A stretch of DNA of 64,000 nucleotides from Ignavibacteria bacterium (lineage in GTDB: Bacteria; Bacteroidota; Ignavibacteria; Kapaibacteriales; UBA961): assembly GCA_016873735.1 (NCBI GenBank), contig VGWD01000005.1, positions 1,929 to 65,928 on the forward strand, written 5' to 3'. Position 1 is the stretch's first letter. Every line of letters begins with the position of its first letter. Under the pieces are notes generated by a model. That model had not been told where the DNA came from, made no database searches, and worked only from the letters and a program-made list of their open reading frames with translations. The position numbers and the translations under genes were made by a program. Below are positions 61,324-64,000 of this stretch, in pieces.

Positions 61324-61348
61324 AAAGGCCACTCATCGAGTGGCCTTT
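61324..61348. terminator. Bidirectional intrinsic terminator between convergent queC and pseudogene
   Basis: AAAGGCCACTC-ATC-GAGTGGCCTTT perfect 11-bp stem. Confidence 0.85.
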
Positions 61349-61350
61349 GT

Positions 61351-62150
61351 TTATTTCTTTATGAAAGGGACCGAAATTAGAAAACCATCTGCATATAAGG
61401 ATAGGATATAATGCCCTGATGGAATCAAAGCATGTAATCCGGATAGCCCTGTACTATGACTTCCAAGATATTGATATCCTAAATCCTACTTGAACACTTG
61501 TTGTCCCAAAGTATTTATTATGGAATATGAAACATTGGCATTGAACGGCAAATGATATTCAATAATTGAATGTTCTTGAGGTGGAATAGGAAATATATTG
61601 ACAATCGAATTCTCCTGAATGCCGGTGGTAGACGAAACAATCAATTGTGTGTGCTGCATATAATTCCATTCATCTCCGCTATCACCATAATTTCTATTGA
61701 CTGCATTGACTGTCGCCATTAAATAATAAGTACCCTCTTATGTAGGAGCGGTCCAGGTGAATGTAAACTCTGCTCTACCACTAGAAATGTCTTTTGGTAA
61801 TGATTGAACCAATTCAGAAGCTGAATTCTTTAGATCTTGTCCCGCAATAACTTCCAATGTTCCAAAATTGGTATTTGAATTCGGTGCGGATTTAACTCCG
61901 ATATTAACTCCTGCAGCTACTTTGGATGGATGTGCAACAACTGCAGTTAGTTCTAATTTAGTACCCGGCTTTACGGTTAAAGATCCGGTTTTGCTTACCA
62001 TGGAAATTATCGTATTGGAGGAATATGCTCCATGACAACCACCACAGCCCCCTTAGCTTGCTACAGTTTCCCAGTGATTCCTGCAGGATATGCAAACAAC
62101 ATAGTAGAAGAACTAAAAAGTATAAACAAACTGTACAAAATGTGTTTCAT
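61351..62150 (-). pseudogene. Disrupted Reeler-like (choice-of-anchor V) T9SS-secreted protein
   Basis: Signal peptide from ATG 62150; 1-nt frameshift near 62068; in-frame stops at 62055-62053, 61740-61738 and 61488-61486. Reading through gives GCGGCH...FTWTAP...NRNYGDSGD and an intact CTD (IFPIP...INTLGQ...PSGHYIL...FIKK). Confidence 0.85.
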
Positions 62151-62164
62151 GATTTACCTTCAAT

Positions 62165-62812
62165 TTAGTTTGACTCATTTCCAAACAATTTGATGTCAAG
62201 ATCAATGTTTTCACCAACTTTACTACCAATTATGTCGCCTTTTCCAAGAACATTAAAATCTTTAAGTGAAACTGAAAAATCAGCATCAACCATTACAAGA
62301 TCACCTTCTGCTCTTTTTTTTGTGGCATCGGATTCAAATACATATTTGACATATACTTTTGCCTTTGCATATTTAGATACACCTTTCAAAGTGCATTGTC
62401 CTTCTGCCATGGCTGAAAATTCTATTCCGGTATTGTCTGATTTCTTGATCGCGATCCCCGTAAATTTCTTTACATCAAAAGTGACCATTGGATATGACTT
62501 CGCATCAAGCCAATCTTTTCCATACATGTGATCATCACGTTTGGATAGACCGGTTTTCATGGAATTTACTGGGAATGAGATTTGCCCTGTACTCTGTTCC
62601 AGTTGTTCTGCAACCAGGGTGAATGAACCTTGCAGTAATTGAGAATTCCCCTCAAATTTCTCCAAAGGGGAATTGCTGTAAAACTTGACGATTGATGTTC
62701 CAACAGCTTTATTGAGGGTTATTTGTTTCTTGCCTTTTACATTTCCGAGCTGCGTGGCTTTCAATTCTAAGGATGCAATAATTATTATGCAAAGTATAAT
62801 GAATGATTTCAT
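62165..62812 (-). CDS. YceI-family periplasmic lipid/quinone-binding protein
   Basis: Signal peptide; SMKTG.SKRDDHM...WLDAKSYP...F, G.CTLKGVSK and DFNV motifs. Confidence 0.9.
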   Translation of the reverse strand: MKSFIILCIIIIASLELKATQLGNVKGKKQITLNKAVGTSIVKFYSNSPLEKFEGNSQLLQGSFTLVAEQLEQSTGQISFPVNSMKTGLSKRDDHMYGKDWLDAKSYPMVTFDVKKFTGIAIKKSDNTGIEFSAMAEGQCTLKGVSKYAKAKVYVKYVFESDATKKRAEGDLVMVDADFSVSLKDFNVLGKGDIIGSKVGENIDLDIKLFGNESN

Positions 62813-63114
62813 GATAATGATTTGGAGGATTTGGAAATTTTACGTTGAGCAATCGCAATTGTTAGTATGGCAATTACAAAGTAGAATGACAGTGATCTAA
62901 AAGGTTGAAGAGGGTCATCGGGTAATAGGCCAAATTGAAAATCTTCAACCCATTCTCGCTTTTCGATTATAGTACCGAAGATATCATCTTTTTGAAGGGT
63001 GACTTTTTCCGACTTATCTTTTGTAAAAATCTGAAATCCATCGTTCATCCATAGTCCGGAAAGTGAAAGAATTACGATGAAAAGACCTATTTGCAGAATT
63101 CGCCAGCGGGACAT
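62809..63114 (-). CDS. Hypothetical two-TM membrane protein
   Basis: GGAGG RBS, two hydrophobic segments, ATGA overlap with the YceI gene. Confidence 0.7.
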   Translation of the reverse strand: MSRWRILQIGLFIVILSLSGLWMNDGFQIFTKDKSEKVTLQKDDIFGTIIEKREWVEDFQFGLLPDDPLQPFRSLSFYFVIAILTIAIAQRKISKSSKSLS

Positions 63115-63153
63115 AATCAACCTCCAATGATGACAAATACAGTAATACTATCG

Positions 63154-63161
63154 CAAAGTTA
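63154..63161 (-). promoter_or_regulatory. Putative -7 promoter element (TAACTTTG) for membrane protein-YceI-Reeler operon
   Basis: caaagtta on + strand in the short intergenic gap. Confidence 0.55.
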
Positions 63162-63171
63162 CATAAGTGCT

Positions 63172-63999
63172 TTACGATAATATGTCTTTTTTAACTATGA
63201 CAAAGAGGGTAATGAGAAGGGAAGCAACGGAATGTCCGCCTAAAACCCACGTTGAGAGGAGAATTCTATCCACAGGGACGGTTTCTTCAAAAAACAGTCT
63301 CCAGGATATCAGGTGATTGGTAAACAAAAGGTATTTCACATCTTTGATGAATCCGGCATCTAAAGCAGATATTATGGTAAATACAATGATGATTGCCATT
63401 GTCATTGCAATCGGACCAATAGAATTTTCAACCAATGCTGAAAACATGAAAGCAATCGAAGCAACAGTGGACATGCTTAATATACCGAAGAGATAAGCAT
63501 ATCCGAATCTCCACAAAATGTCATCCTTTTGGAGCACGGTAATGGAGCTTGAAACAATGAATAACTCCCCGGATCCGAATAGTAAAAAACTTAGCCCCAT
63601 TGACAATAAAGACATCCATGCTATAAGACCAATGGTATACAATAAAGCCGCACTATATTTAGCAAGGACGATGGTATGTCTAGAAACAGGTCTTGAGAAA
63701 AGCAATCTATATGTTCCACCCGTAGCTTCGCCGGCTAACATGTCACCTGCAACGAGCGTAACCAATAAAGGTACATGGACCAATAAACTCTGCAAAACAA
63801 CAAATGCTATCAAATACCCATTGAGAAATGTCCCGGTAAAACTGAACTGTTGTTGCAAACCTTGTGTGAACAAACCGAAATAGGCTTCTCCTTCACTATA
63901 CATGGCCGCCTGAACTATTGGGACAAGAATTGTAATAGCGCCAAATCCGATATATGATCTTCCTTTGGAGAAGATTTTCAACAATTCAATTGACAATAC
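63172..63999 (-). CDS. ABC-2 type transporter permease, 5' end at/just beyond window edge
   Basis: ELLKIF, AGDMLAGEATGGTYRLLFSRPVSR...AKY and C-terminal KKDILS; 6 TM segments. Confidence 0.9.
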   Translation of the reverse strand, partial: VLSIELLKIFSKGRSYIGFGAITILVPIVQAAMYSEGEAYFGLFTQGLQQQFSFTGTFLNGYLIAFVVLQSLLVHVPLLVTLVAGDMLAGEATGGTYRLLFSRPVSRHTIVLAKYSAALLYTIGLIAWMSLLSMGLSFLLFGSGELFIVSSSITVLQKDDILWRFGYAYLFGILSMSTVASIAFMFSALVENSIGPIAMTMAIIIVFTIISALDAGFIKDVKYLLFTNHLISWRLFFEETVPVDRILLSTWVLGGHSVASLLITLFVIVKKDILS

Positions 64000-64000
64000 T

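Noticed and set aside
61486-62055. Stop-codon reassignment (TAA/TAG read as Gln)
   Set aside because: TAA and TAG terminate many conserved genes in this window at expected lengths, and a frameshift would still be needed.
62060-62075. GGGAAAC as a programmed -1 frameshift site in the Reeler pseudogene
   Set aside because: The heptamer is not phased as X_XXY_YYZ in the initiating frame, and the shifted frame meets TAA four codons later.
178-63883. Numerous 60-175 aa antisense or alternate-frame ORFs within long genes
   Set aside because: Fully nested in well-supported genes, with no recognisable motifs; expected shadow ORFs.

Overview
AT-rich bacterial chromosomal segment, almost entirely housekeeping and densely coding. 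Several features point to a Bacteroidota-related lineage: TAnnTTTG-type -7 promoter elements, C-terminal T9SS-like sorting domains, DUF3109 and a fused E1 dehydrogenase. Retained Shine-Dalgarno motifs, lnt and an MqnA-like gene suggest a non-Bacteroidia branch such as Kapabacteria/Ignavibacteria (inference). Contents: an RND pump, tgt-yajC-ribBA, greA, an ECF sigma/anti-sigma cluster, the rimP-nusA-infB-rbfA-truB-ribF operon extended by lipM, a secreted nuclease and rsmI, a TonB receptor, adk, tpiA, paaC, dprA, fni, tRNA-Val, apbC/nfu, mce, panD, glyA, rpoN, pyrD, an aminotransferase-hppD-gdh cluster and psd-lnt-nadD-queC. I saw no CRISPR array, integrase, transposase or phage genes. The most unusual items are: (1) three secreted Reeler-like (choice-of-anchor V) proteins with CX4CH/CXXCH motifs, one a pseudogene with three in-frame stops next to YceI; (2) RsmI with a ~15-unit charged KKREDGGY repeat tail; (3) a PorE-like OmpA protein carrying plant-casein-kinase-like (DUF7477-like) repeats; (4) leader attenuators ahead of greA and rimP; (5) a GDH with an animal-type antenna. 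All family assignments come from motif recognition by eye, not from database searches.
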